A stretch of 64,000 nucleotides of DNA, taken from Oscillospiraceae bacterium (lineage in GTDB: Bacteria; Bacillota; Clostridia; Oscillospirales; CAG-272). The position numbers were made by a program, and so were the translations under genes. The DNA lies in NCBI GenBank assembly GCA_015064695.1, contig SVRS01000001.1, positions 149,811-213,810 on the forward strand, written 5' to 3'. The first letter of the stretch is position 1, and every line of letters starts with the position of its first letter. Shown piece by piece: positions 36,821 through 46,288 of the stretch. Under the pieces are notes generated by a model. It was not told where the DNA came from. It ran no database searches and saw only the letters and a program-made list of their open reading frames with translations.

Positions 36821-38965
36821 ATGAATCCCCCCGTCCGTAGTCGCCGCACGTCCCGTATGTGGGGATTGGGCGTTGTCTTTTTACTGGTTTGCCTGTTTTA
36901 CATCATTCGGTTGGCTGCGCTGGAATTGAATCCTGCCAACATCAAGGGACATAAGCAGGATGGCACCACCGAGCGCACCGTGGTGGTGCAGGCGGTCAGA
37001 GGGCAGATCTACGACCGAAACGGCGTTCCCCTGGTGATCAATCAGTACACCTACCATCTGACCATCGACTACTCGGTGCTTCCTGCCGAGACCAATGCCC
37101 GCAACGATGTTGTACTGCAGGCTCTCCGTATGCTGGAGGCTTGCGGAGACGTGGGAAAATTCTGTACGTATTCCTTTCCCTTTGATGGGTACTATCCCAA
37201 TCTGACCTATAAATCCACGGCCCTGGACCCGGCATCGGATACCTACGATACGGTCACGTCGGTGGTACAGGCCAACGGACTGCGTCGTGAGGCGATTCTG
37301 CGCATCAAGGACGAAAAGCACATGAACACCGCCGAGGCTACCGAGTATTATGAATCCACCCCTCTCACCTGTATCACCGCGGAGCGGCTCACCCGGTATT
37401 TTGTGAAGGAATACGATTTGGACGCCGTTGACGAGAACGGAAAGCGGCGCTACTCCAACGGCGATATCGACCGCTTGATCCGCATTCTGTGGGGCATGGA
37501 GGCCAGCGGCTTTTCCCGGGCTAACGATTACGTGATGGCAAGGGACGTGACCATGGAGACCATCACCCGTGAAAAGGAAATGGGAATTCCCGGAATCGGA
37601 TTCACTACGGACGTGGCGCGGGTGTACTGCTATCCCGGGATTGCCTCCCATATCCTGGGGCAAACGGGTCCGATTTACGCCGAGGAGTGGCCGATGTATA
37701 AGGAGCTTGGCTACTCCATGAATGCCATCGTTGGGAAATCAGGATGTGAGGCCGCCTTTGAGGAATACCTCCACGGCCGAGACGGAATCAAGGTGATCGT
37801 GGAGGACGAGGATGGCAATATCGTCCGCGAGTACATGAAGAGTGAGGCCGTTGCGGGGAAGGACGTGTACCTGACCATCGATATTGAGCTTCAGATGGCC
37901 GCCGAGGCCGCGTTGGCCGAAAACATTGCCTATATCCGCCAAACCTACAATCGGAACGAGTGTGAAAAGGGCGCCATCGTGGCGATGGATCCTAACGGCG
38001 GCGGCATTTTAGCCATCGCCTCCTACCCGACCTACGATCTGGCTACCTATAATCGTGACTATAATTCTTTGGCCGCAGACGAGCGGCAGCCTCTTTTGAA
38101 TCGCGCGTTGGGCGGCTTGTATGCTCCCGGCTCCACCTTTAAGCCGGGCATGGTTGCCGCCGCGCTCACCGAGGGGGTCATCACCGCCTCCACCAAGCTG
38201 GAGTGCGCGGGAACCTATACCTACTACCAAAGCTACCAGCCCGATTGCTGGATCCATAACAGCGGCGGCTCGGTCAGACAGCACGGCTGGATCAACGCCG
38301 CTACGGCCCTGCAGGTGTCCTGCAACTGCTACTTTTACGAGGTGGGACGGTTGATGGGAATCGAAAGAATGAACCGCTACTGCAGTCTGTTTGGGTTGGG
38401 TGAGCCCACGGGCATAGAGCTGGGCGAGCAGATCGGCTCCTTGGCAGGGCCGGCCCATCGCCAGGATCTTCACGGCCTGGAATGGCAGCCCACGGATACC
38501 ATTGCCGCGGCCATCGGTCAGTCGGATAATGCCTTCACGCCTCTGCAGCTGGGAGTGTATATCTCTACGGTGGTCAACGGCGGAAATCGCTACGCGGCCC
38601 ATCTGCTCCACAAGGTGCGGGATTTCTCTACCCGTGAGGACGTGCTGGTGACCAGGCCGATTCTGCTGAATTCCGTGGACTTGCCCGAGGCGCACCGTCT
38701 GAGTGTGATCGAGGGCATGGAAAAAATGATCACGGGCTCCTCCTCGGTGAGCCACTACATGCGAAACGTTCCCGTTACTGTGGCGGGAAAAACGGGTACG
38801 GCTCAAACGGGTTCAAAGTCTACCGAGAACGGTCTCTTTGTCTGCTGCGCGCCCTCCCGCAATCCCGAGATCGTGGTGGTTTCGGTGATCGAGCGAGCCG
38901 GCGGCGGCTCCTACTCCGCCATGTCGGCGGGAGCAGTGCTGGAGGCATATTATGCGGGGAAGTGA
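36821..38965 (+). CDS. mrdA: Class B penicillin-binding protein (PBP2/MrdA-like)
   Basis: N-terminal TM, RGQIYDRNG, PGSTFK (SxxK), SCN, GKTGTAQ. Confidence 0.88.
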   Translation: MNPPVRSRRTSRMWGLGVVFLLVCLFYIIRLAALELNPANIKGHKQDGTTERTVVVQAVRGQIYDRNGVPLVINQYTYHLTIDYSVLPAETNARNDVVLQALRMLEACGDVGKFCTYSFPFDGYYPNLTYKSTALDPASDTYDTVTSVVQANGLRREAILRIKDEKHMNTAEATEYYESTPLTCITAERLTRYFVKEYDLDAVDENGKRRYSNGDIDRLIRILWGMEASGFSRANDYVMARDVTMETITREKEMGIPGIGFTTDVARVYCYPGIASHILGQTGPIYAEEWPMYKELGYSMNAIVGKSGCEAAFEEYLHGRDGIKVIVEDEDGNIVREYMKSEAVAGKDVYLTIDIELQMAAEAALAENIAYIRQTYNRNECEKGAIVAMDPNGGGILAIASYPTYDLATYNRDYNSLAADERQPLLNRALGGLYAPGSTFKPGMVAAALTEGVITASTKLECAGTYTYYQSYQPDCWIHNSGGSVRQHGWINAATALQVSCNCYFYEVGRLMGIERMNRYCSLFGLGEPTGIELGEQIGSLAGPAHRQDLHGLEWQPTDTIAAAIGQSDNAFTPLQLGVYISTVVNGGNRYAAHLLHKVRDFSTREDVLVTRPILLNSVDLPEAHRLSVIEGMEKMITGSSSVSHYMRNVPVTVAGKTGTAQTGSKSTENGLFVCCAPSRNPEIVVVSVIERAGGGSYSAMSAGAVLEAYYAGK

Positions 38966-39026
38966 GGAGCGGGGAAGGATCTTCCCGTATGGCGCTTCAT
39001 CCTCCCTCCCAAGAAAGGAGCTTTCC

Positions 39027-39374
39027 ATGGAACAAAAACGCTTTTCAAAGCTGGACGACGGATTCACCTGCGTCCATTGCGGGCGCGAGGTCAAGCCCTT
39101 GGGCTATTCCTCCCGCAATCACTGTCCCTTCTGCCTTTGGTCGCGGCACGTGGACATCAATCCCGGCGACCGTGCCAATCCCTGCGGCGGTGATCTGGAA
39201 CCGATTTCGGCGGAGCCGGACCCCAAAAAGGGGTACGTGATCATTTCCAAGTGTCAGAAATGTGGGGAGATCCGCCGTTGCCGCGCCGCCCATGAGGCGA
39301 AGGTACAACCCGACGATCTCATGCTCATAATCCGGCTGACCGCCCGAGGAAGGGCAGAGCGCCCGAAGCGCTGA
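39027..39374 (+). CDS. RNHCP-domain protein
   Basis: FTCVHCG...SRNHCPFCLWSRHVD..PGDRAN.CGG. Confidence 0.9.
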   Translation: MEQKRFSKLDDGFTCVHCGREVKPLGYSSRNHCPFCLWSRHVDINPGDRANPCGGDLEPISAEPDPKKGYVIISKCQKCGEIRRCRAAHEAKVQPDDLMLIIRLTARGRAERPKR

Positions 39375-39443
39375 GCCTATCCGGCTTGGGCACAGGTGAA
39401 ATCCTTCGGGTTCAAATTACCAAATATTATAAGGAATACGATC

Positions 39444-39941
39444 ATGAAACGATTACTGGATATTCGAGGCAAGCTTTTGGGCGTGGATTTTGGAGATAAG
39501 CGCACGGGACTGGCCATTTCCAACGATATGAGAACCCTGGCGTCGGGCATCACCCAGATCTCGGTGGGAGGGATGCAGAAAACCGCCGCCGCCGTGGCCG
39601 AGATGGCTCGTGATCGAGGGGTGGTGGGTGTCATTGTGGGACTTCCCGTCAATATGGACGGCTCTCACGGCCCCCGCGCTCAGCACGCTGAGAAGTTCGC
39701 AGGGCTTTTGGAGGGAGCTTTGGAGGCTCTGGGGGCATCGATTCCCGTTGTGATGCAGGATGAACGCATGACCACCATGGCGGCCTCCCGTTACCTCAAC
39801 GAGACCGATACCCGCGGCTCCAAGCGAAAGGGAGTCATTGATACGCTTTCGGCGGAAATCATCCTGCAGAATGCGCTGGACAAGCTCCGCTTCATGAGGG
39901 AGCGTGAGGAAAAAAACGATTCCGGTGAGAAAGCGGAGTGA
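39444..39941 (+). CDS. ruvX: Holliday junction resolvase RuvX / pre-16S rRNA nuclease YqgF
   Basis: GVDFGDKRTGLA, VGLPVNMDG, DERMTT, IDTLSAEIILQ. Confidence 0.93.
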   Translation: MKRLLDIRGKLLGVDFGDKRTGLAISNDMRTLASGITQISVGGMQKTAAAVAEMARDRGVVGVIVGLPVNMDGSHGPRAQHAEKFAGLLEGALEALGASIPVVMQDERMTTMAASRYLNETDTRGSKRKGVIDTLSAEIILQNALDKLRFMREREEKNDSGEKAE

Positions 39942-40010
39942 CGGACCTGGAGTCGGAAGCTTGTCCCAAGAAAGATTGTGCCGCTATCGTGCGGCGGAAT
40001 GGAGATTGTT

Positions 40011-40754
40011 ATGAGTGAACGTACGAGAGAATCCCTGCCCATCCGCATCATCAAGATGACGGTAAAGATCATCGGCCTTGTTCTGGTATTCGGAACCACC
40101 CTGTTCTTCCTGTGGCGCGCGTTTATTTCCACCATCGTGCCCAAGGAGGTGGACGGCCTGGCGCCCAATGCCAACCTGTACGCCGCCTGGAAGGCTGCGG
40201 AGAAGGAGGGGGAGGAGCTGACCTATTTCATGCAGGATCAGAACAAGACGACCACTGCTGAGCATAATTACAGTTATTTCACCGCCCATGAGGTGGCCTT
40301 CCTGGAGGATGCCAACCAGATCCAGGTGCTGTTCCGCTACAACAACGCCACCATTCGCAGCTTGGTGAAGGATTACGAGCTTCCGGAGATCCCTGATCGG
40401 ACGACGGATCTTTACGACGTGACTCTGTACGTGGCCTACGATCTGACCCCCGACGACGTGACCGACAACGACGGAAATGACCCCGATAGCGTTCGGTTCG
40501 TCCGCTACTACCCCACGGCGACCCAGTCAGCGACCTCTCTCATGTACAATTACCGCCGACTAACCTTTGACGGGATTGATATGAACGTGACCGACAATCC
40601 CGTTCTGGCGGTATACGTTGACGTATACTACGTGGAGGACATCGACTACGAAAAGGACTCCTACGGAACGCTCTGTATTTATGATTACGCCACCAAGAAG
40701 GAGTACTGCACGTTGACCAAGGACGAGGCGGAAGCTCTTCGGAATTTTCAATGA
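40011..40754 (+). CDS. Hypothetical membrane-anchored protein
   Basis: Single N-terminal TM followed by an acidic, Tyr-rich domain. Confidence 0.7.
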   Translation: MSERTRESLPIRIIKMTVKIIGLVLVFGTTLFFLWRAFISTIVPKEVDGLAPNANLYAAWKAAEKEGEELTYFMQDQNKTTTAEHNYSYFTAHEVAFLEDANQIQVLFRYNNATIRSLVKDYELPEIPDRTTDLYDVTLYVAYDLTPDDVTDNDGNDPDSVRFVRYYPTATQSATSLMYNYRRLTFDGIDMNVTDNPVLAVYVDVYYVEDIDYEKDSYGTLCIYDYATKKEYCTLTKDEAEALRNFQ

Positions 40755-40985
40755 GGGGCGCAGGGATACGGGAGAATATATCCCATAGAACAGACCCGGG
40801 CGGTCGGAGAAGAGGCGAATCAGCCTCTCTTCGACCGCCCTTTGTGAAAGATACCCGAAAAAAACTGTCGCGGCGAGGGGAATATTTCCGCCTTCGCCCT
40901 TGACTTTTTTTCACTTCCGTGATAGAATGTTTTTTTGGAGATCCCCGTTAGAAGGCTTCTATTTTTTGCAGATCGAGGTGCTTTT

Positions 40986-42311
40986 ATGACCCCAACCGTC
41001 GCTGTTCTGACTCTGTTTCTTGTTGCTTGCGCCGCTCTTATTGCGTTGGTTTTCGTTAAGCCCTCGGTTATGCTGGGAGGCAAGAAGATCAGTATTTTTT
41101 GGCTGGCTCCCCTGGTGGGAGCAGTTTCTTTGATGATCGGCGGGTATCTGACTCCCTCCGAGATCGTCGCAGGGCTGACCGCTGCCGGAGACGTGAATCC
41201 GCTGAAGATCTTGATTCTCTTTTTCTCTATGACCATGATGTCGGTGTATCTGGACGAGATTGGCTTTTTCCGCCTCCTGGCTCACAAGGTACTGGCCAGG
41301 GCGCGCGGTAGTCAGATCACCCTGTTCTTTCTGCTCTATGCTTTGGTGTCGGTTCTGACGGTGTTCACCTCAAACGACATCATCGTTCTGACCTTTACAC
41401 CCTTTATCTGCCATTTCGCCAAGAGTGCGCGAATCGATCCGCTCCCCTATCTGGTGACCGAGTTCGTGGCGGCCAACACCTGGAGCATGGCGCTCATCAT
41501 CGGCAACCCCACCAATATCTACCTCATGAGCGGAACGGGCGTTTCCTTCCCGGCCTATACTGCCCGCATGATCCTGGCTACTGCTATGGCCGGCTTGACC
41601 TCTCTGGCGGTTCTGTACCTTTTGTTCCGTAAAAAGCTGAAGGATCCCCTGAACCCCGAGGAATCCCCCGCGCCCCGCGTGGATCTGCCCACCGAGGTGG
41701 TGGGACTTAGTCATCTGGGCGGTTGCATCCTGCTTTTGTCGGTGTCCTCCTTCATCAATCTGCCCATGTGGCTCATTACCTGTCTGTTCTTCGTCAGCTT
41801 GATCGTATTCACCATGGCCATCAGCTTTTTCCGGCGCCGCGGAATCTTCCTCATTGCCCGCTGTGTCATCCGCGCTCCCTGGGATCTGGTGCCTTTCGTT
41901 ATTTCCATGTTCATCCTGGTCCTGGCACTGGATAAGTACGGTATCACGGCGGCCTTGGGCGGATTCCTTTCCAAGCCCGTCACGGTGGGGGGGACGGTGG
42001 TTTCCTTCGGCGTCAGCTCCTTCTTCGCCGCCAACGTGGTCAACAACATTCCCATGAGTGTGCTGTACAGCTCGGTCATCGGAGGGATGGAGGCGGGGGC
42101 GGTTACTACGGCCGCTCTCTATGCGACGGTGATCGGCTCCAACCTCGGCGCCTTCTTTACCCCTACGGGTGCGCTGGCAGGTATCATGTGGACGGGCCAG
42201 CTTCATGACCACGGCGTATCCTTCTCCTTTACCCGCTTCGTTCGATACGGTGTGACGGTAGCCGTTCCTGCGCTGATCGCGGCACTTTTGGGCCTGCGGC
42301 TGTGTTGCTGA
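40986..42311 (+). CDS. ArsB/NhaD/citrate-family (IT superfamily) transporter
   Basis: FTSNDIIVLTFTP, AANTWSMALIIGNPTN, VNNIPMS, GSNLGAFFTPTGALAG. Confidence 0.85.
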   Translation: MTPTVAVLTLFLVACAALIALVFVKPSVMLGGKKISIFWLAPLVGAVSLMIGGYLTPSEIVAGLTAAGDVNPLKILILFFSMTMMSVYLDEIGFFRLLAHKVLARARGSQITLFFLLYALVSVLTVFTSNDIIVLTFTPFICHFAKSARIDPLPYLVTEFVAANTWSMALIIGNPTNIYLMSGTGVSFPAYTARMILATAMAGLTSLAVLYLLFRKKLKDPLNPEESPAPRVDLPTEVVGLSHLGGCILLLSVSSFINLPMWLITCLFFVSLIVFTMAISFFRRRGIFLIARCVIRAPWDLVPFVISMFILVLALDKYGITAALGGFLSKPVTVGGTVVSFGVSSFFAANVVNNIPMSVLYSSVIGGMEAGAVTTAALYATVIGSNLGAFFTPTGALAGIMWTGQLHDHGVSFSFTRFVRYGVTVAVPALIAALLGLRLCC

Positions 42312-42370
42312 CGGAAACCGTGCATGGCGTGAAAATAAAAAACATATAGAATTTTCGGAGGTATCTTGCT

Positions 42371-43027
42371 ATGAGCAACGTTGCTATTTCGCTTTTGACT
42401 GATACGTTTTCCTCTTTGATCAGCCTGCTGACCTATCTGGCCGCGGCCTACGGCTTGTACTGTATGTCTGCGTCCATTGGCCTAAAAAACAACTGGATGG
42501 CATGGATCCCCTTCTGTCGGGAATACGTCCTGGGCTACGTGGCCGATGAATACTGCCGGCGAAACGAGAATCGCAGTACCTCGTATCGCAAAAAGCTTTT
42601 GGGATGGATGATCGCGTTAACCGCCGCGCTTGCTCTGCTTTTCGTGGTTTTGAGCGTTCTTGTGGTGGTTTTGGTGATTATGGGTATTGCCACAAGTCTC
42701 TATGACTCAGAAGCCATCATGAACGGAGTTTCCAATCTGGACGGTGGATTTTTGCTGGGAATTGGTTTGTTCGTGTTGATTGCTGTGGTTGTCATTCTGC
42801 CCGTAGTGGTTGTGTATACGGTGTTCCGCTACACCGCCCTGCACAAGGTCTACAAGCTGTTTGCCCCCGATTCCGCTACCCTCTACCTGGTTCTGTCGAT
42901 TTTCGTTCCGCTGGCGGAGCCTATCCTGTTCATAGTCCTGGCGAAAAAGTCGCCCGTATTCACCGATAGTGTCGGAGAGATTTCTGAAAAAGCCGCCGAG
43001 GCGCAGACCTGGGATTGGAACGAGTAA
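42371..43027 (+). CDS. Hypothetical multi-pass membrane protein
   Basis: WMAWIPF motif and 4-5 hydrophobic helices; GGAGG RBS. Confidence 0.7.
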   Translation: MSNVAISLLTDTFSSLISLLTYLAAAYGLYCMSASIGLKNNWMAWIPFCREYVLGYVADEYCRRNENRSTSYRKKLLGWMIALTAALALLFVVLSVLVVVLVIMGIATSLYDSEAIMNGVSNLDGGFLLGIGLFVLIAVVVILPVVVVYTVFRYTALHKVYKLFAPDSATLYLVLSIFVPLAEPILFIVLAKKSPVFTDSVGEISEKAAEAQTWDWNE

Positions 43028-43060
43028 TACGAATCTGTTTATAAAAATCTTGAGTTCTTT

Positions 43061-43087
43061 GCAGGGGCGTTCTTTGAACGCCCCTGC
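43061..43087. repeat. REP-like palindrome
   Basis: GCAGGGGCGTTC-TTT-GAACGCCCCTGC perfect hairpin; related to 21950-21975. Confidence 0.6.
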
Positions 43088-43264
43088 CGAGGATATGTTC
43101 AATATTTCTATCAGAGAATAGTATAAGTCGGGGCTGATCTATATAGAATCCGGCACGTGAAAAGCCCACCGGGGGTAAAGCATAATGTTCCGATAAAAAA
43201 GAAGAGAGAGTAACACGGAAGGAAAATCCGTGAAGCTCTCTCTTTTCTGTATGGAAAGGGATTA

Positions 43265-44122
43265 TCAATCTCTTGCGGCCATCTTTCTGGCGATGCGGAT
43301 CATATCCATGAGGGTGCCCAGCATAGGCTCGAATTTGACACCGTAGGTGTGGTTAGCGTCACCGCGGGTGTTCTCCATGCAGATGAGGACGAAGTCGGCG
43401 GCGATCTTGGCGGCGGTGTAGGCATCCAGTCCCTTCATGAGGGCGCCCGTGAAGGCAGAGGCGTAGACATCGCCGGTGCCGTGGCAGCTTTGGCTGAGAC
43501 GGCGGTGGGGATAGTAGGAGAGAACCCCCTGCTCCGAAATCATGACGCCGGTTTGCTCAGGGTGGAAGCTCACGCCCGTCAGCACCACGGTCTTGGCGCC
43601 CAGATCATGGAGAGCGGTCATCAATTGGTTGATGTAGGCCTCGTCGTAGGTCTCACGGTACTCGATACCCGTGAGGAAGCAGGCCTCGGTGACGTTGGGC
43701 AGAAGGTAATCGGCGGTGGCGCAGAGCTTCTTCATGGCCTCCACGTAAGTCATGTCAAAGAGGGAGTAGAGCTTGCCGTTGTCGGCCATAGCGGGGTCCA
43801 CGATGCGCAATCCTTTCTCGGTCAGAGAGGTGTTCATGATTTCCAGGACGTAGTCAATCTGGCTTACAGAGCCCAGATAACCGGTATAGATGGCTTCAAA
43901 CTGCAGACCCTCCTTCTGCCAATGGGCATTGATGGCGGGCATATCGGCGGACAGATCGCGGAAGGTAAAGCCGGTAAAGCCGCCCGTGTGGGTGGACAGG
44001 ACCGCAGAGGGAAGGATGGCGGTCTCGTGGCCGCTGGCGGAGAGAATGGGCAGGGCAACGGTCAGAGAGCATTGACCCACGCAGGAAATGTCTTGGATGG
44101 TGAGAATTCTTTTGTATGCCAT
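43265..44122 (-). CDS. pdxK: Pyridoxamine/pyridoxal kinase
   Basis: IQDISCVGQCSL, LSTHTGGF, YTGYLGS, VDPAMADNG, PNVTEA, HGTGD. Confidence 0.9.
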   Translation of the reverse strand: MAYKRILTIQDISCVGQCSLTVALPILSASGHETAILPSAVLSTHTGGFTGFTFRDLSADMPAINAHWQKEGLQFEAIYTGYLGSVSQIDYVLEIMNTSLTEKGLRIVDPAMADNGKLYSLFDMTYVEAMKKLCATADYLLPNVTEACFLTGIEYRETYDEAYINQLMTALHDLGAKTVVLTGVSFHPEQTGVMISEQGVLSYYPHRRLSQSCHGTGDVYASAFTGALMKGLDAYTAAKIAADFVLICMENTRGDANHTYGVKFEPMLGTLMDMIRIARKMAARD

Positions 44123-44133
44123 GATTGGCCTCC

Positions 44134-44664
44134 TTATGTAGGCTCCCCGTCAAAGTGGGAGCAGAGTGTGTTCAGGACGTCTCCAATGCGGTCGGATTGT
44201 GTCTCGTCCACGATGATGTCGGCGTACTTTTCGTACAGGGCGCACCGCTCGTCGTAGAGGTCACGGAGGGTGTAGCCCTCGGGCATGACCACACCCCGAT
44301 GGGTGAAGTTGCCCAGGCGTTTCTTGACGGTCTCGTAGGACAGCCGCAGGTAGACCACGGTGCCCACTGCCTTGAAATGCTCCATGGCGGCCTCGCTGTA
44401 GACCGCGCTCCCGCCTGTGGCAATTACCGCAGGGACCGACGCGGGCTTGCCCAGGGTCAGATTGACCCGCTCCTCAATGGCAAGGAAGCCTGCCTGTCCC
44501 TCCTCGGCAATGATGCGGTGGAGGCGGCGGCCGTCGGTCTCCTGGATGACCAGGTCGGAATCGATGAAGCGGTAGCCCAGAGCCTTGGCGGCCAGCACCC
44601 CGACGGTGCTTTTTCCGCAGGCGGGCATACCGATGAGAATGATGTGGGGCTTGGAGGATGTCAT
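44134..44664 (-). CDS. aroK: Shikimate kinase
   Basis: GMPACGKST, DSD, ATGGSAV, R..LYEKYAD. Confidence 0.85.
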   Translation of the reverse strand: MTSSKPHIILIGMPACGKSTVGVLAAKALGYRFIDSDLVIQETDGRRLHRIIAEEGQAGFLAIEERVNLTLGKPASVPAVIATGGSAVYSEAAMEHFKAVGTVVYLRLSYETVKKRLGNFTHRGVVMPEGYTLRDLYDERCALYEKYADIIVDETQSDRIGDVLNTLCSHFDGEPT

Positions 44665-44731
44665 GGAACAGCCTTTCTGCGAAATGTTTACAAAATACGC
44701 TTGTATTTTGTGCTTGATTCTATTATACTCT

Positions 44732-44783
44732 AATTTGGTATTATGTAAATGCCCAATTTAATGTTTTTTGATAATACCAGATT
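44732..44783. promoter_or_regulatory. Putative MocR/PdxR operator (inverted repeat)
   Basis: AATTTGGTATTAT...ATAATACCAGATT (12/13 inverted match, ATACCA core), overlapping a TTTACA-N16-TATAAT minus-strand promoter. Confidence 0.65.
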
Positions 44784-44793
44784 GGAGGTCTCC

Positions 44794-46194
44794 ATGCTGC
44801 ATTACGATCTTGAATCCCTCCCCGGACGCTCCCTGTACGAAAAGCTCACCGATTGCATCCGCACCGATATCCGCAACGGTGTCCTGCGGGCGGGGATCAA
44901 GCTTCCGTCCAAGCGCCGCGCCGCCCAGGAGCTGGGGGTCAGCGTGGTGACGGTTCAGAGTGCCTATGACCAGCTGTTGGCCGAGGGGTACATCACCTCG
45001 GCGGAACGTTCGGGGTATTTTGTGGCGCAGATCGAGTCCCGTCCCACCGAGAATCCCGTCTCTGTCCACCCCGCCGTTCGGGCGGCTTCAAGCCGGGTCC
45101 CCTCCGAGGAGGAGCGAGACGTCATTGACTTGGTACAGAGTGCCCTGTCCCCCGACCTGTTCCCCCTGTCGGTGTGGACCCGTCTCTCCCATCGCGTATA
45201 CAGCGATGAAGGTGCGAATCTGCTTCGCCGTGTCCCTTACAACGGTCTGCTTCCTCTGCGGGAGGCCATCGCGGACATTCTGTTCGAGAGTCGCGGGATC
45301 CGAACGACCCCTGACAATATCGTGGTCAGTGCCGGGAACGAGCAGCTTTACTCGGTCCTTTTGTCCTATTTCGGGCGAGATGCGGTCTTCGGGGTGGAGG
45401 ATCCGGGGCATCGCTTGATCTCCCGCCTGTACGAGGAGAACGGTGCGGCCGTCCGCTACCTGCCTCTGGACGAGCATGGCGTGATCCCCGAGGCTCTGGA
45501 GGCGTCGGGGGCGGGCATTCTCCACATTTCCCCTGCCCACCATTTTCCTACGGGGGTGGTGACCCCCATCGGGCGGCGGCAGGAGCTTCTTGCCTGGGCC
45601 GAGCGGCGGGGCGGGTATATTATAGAGGACGACTACGACAGCGAATTCCGTATGGCGGGCCGCCCCATCCCCTCCCTCCAGGAGATGGACCGCGGGGGGC
45701 GGGTCATCTACATAAACACCTTTTCCAAGACCATAGCCCCTGCCCTCCGCATCGCTTACGCCGTCCTGCCTCCTGCTCTGGCCGCTGACTATCGGGAGCG
45801 GTTCGGGTTCCTTTCCTGCCCCGTGACCGCCGCCGAGCAGTTGATCCTGGCGGCCTTCATTCGTGAGGGCTATTTTGAGCGTCACATCAATCGCACCCGT
45901 ACCCGCTACCGCGCCCTGCGGGATGCCCTTCTGACCGCCATCCAGGGCTCTCCCAAGGCTCACCGCTACAAGGTCACCCAGGCCGACGGAGGTCTCCACT
46001 TCCTGCTCCGCATCGACACCGACCGCCCCGACTCCGACCTGCGGGAGGCCGCGGCGGCCGCGGGCATCCGGGTGTATTGCCTGTCGGACTATGCGCACAA
46101 GGCCGAGGACACCCACACGCTGGTCATCAGCTATGCGGGGTTGCCCGAGGGGCGGGTGGAGGAGTTTGTGGGGAGGTTGGATGGGTTGGTATGA
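44794..46194 (+). CDS. MocR-family (GntR + PLP aminotransferase) regulator, PdxR-like
   Basis: LPSKR..A..LGVSVVTV..AYDQLLAEGYI, IIEDDYDSEFR, TFSKTIAPALR; divergent from pdxK. Confidence 0.92.
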   Translation: MLHYDLESLPGRSLYEKLTDCIRTDIRNGVLRAGIKLPSKRRAAQELGVSVVTVQSAYDQLLAEGYITSAERSGYFVAQIESRPTENPVSVHPAVRAASSRVPSEEERDVIDLVQSALSPDLFPLSVWTRLSHRVYSDEGANLLRRVPYNGLLPLREAIADILFESRGIRTTPDNIVVSAGNEQLYSVLLSYFGRDAVFGVEDPGHRLISRLYEENGAAVRYLPLDEHGVIPEALEASGAGILHISPAHHFPTGVVTPIGRRQELLAWAERRGGYIIEDDYDSEFRMAGRPIPSLQEMDRGGRVIYINTFSKTIAPALRIAYAVLPPALAADYRERFGFLSCPVTAAEQLILAAFIREGYFERHINRTRTRYRALRDALLTAIQGSPKAHRYKVTQADGGLHFLLRIDTDRPDSDLREAAAAAGIRVYCLSDYAHKAEDTHTLVISYAGLPEGRVEEFVGRLDGLV

Positions 46195-46224
46195 TCCGAA
46201 AAGACGGTGAAAGAGGAAAAACTA

Positions 46225-46253
46225 TTGACAAAATCCGCAACATCTATTATAAT
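46225..46253 (+). promoter_or_regulatory. sigmaA promoter
   Basis: TTGACA-N17-TATAAT. Confidence 0.85.
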
Positions 46254-46288
46254 AAAGCCATCACCAAGCTGAAAAGGAGACTCTGACT

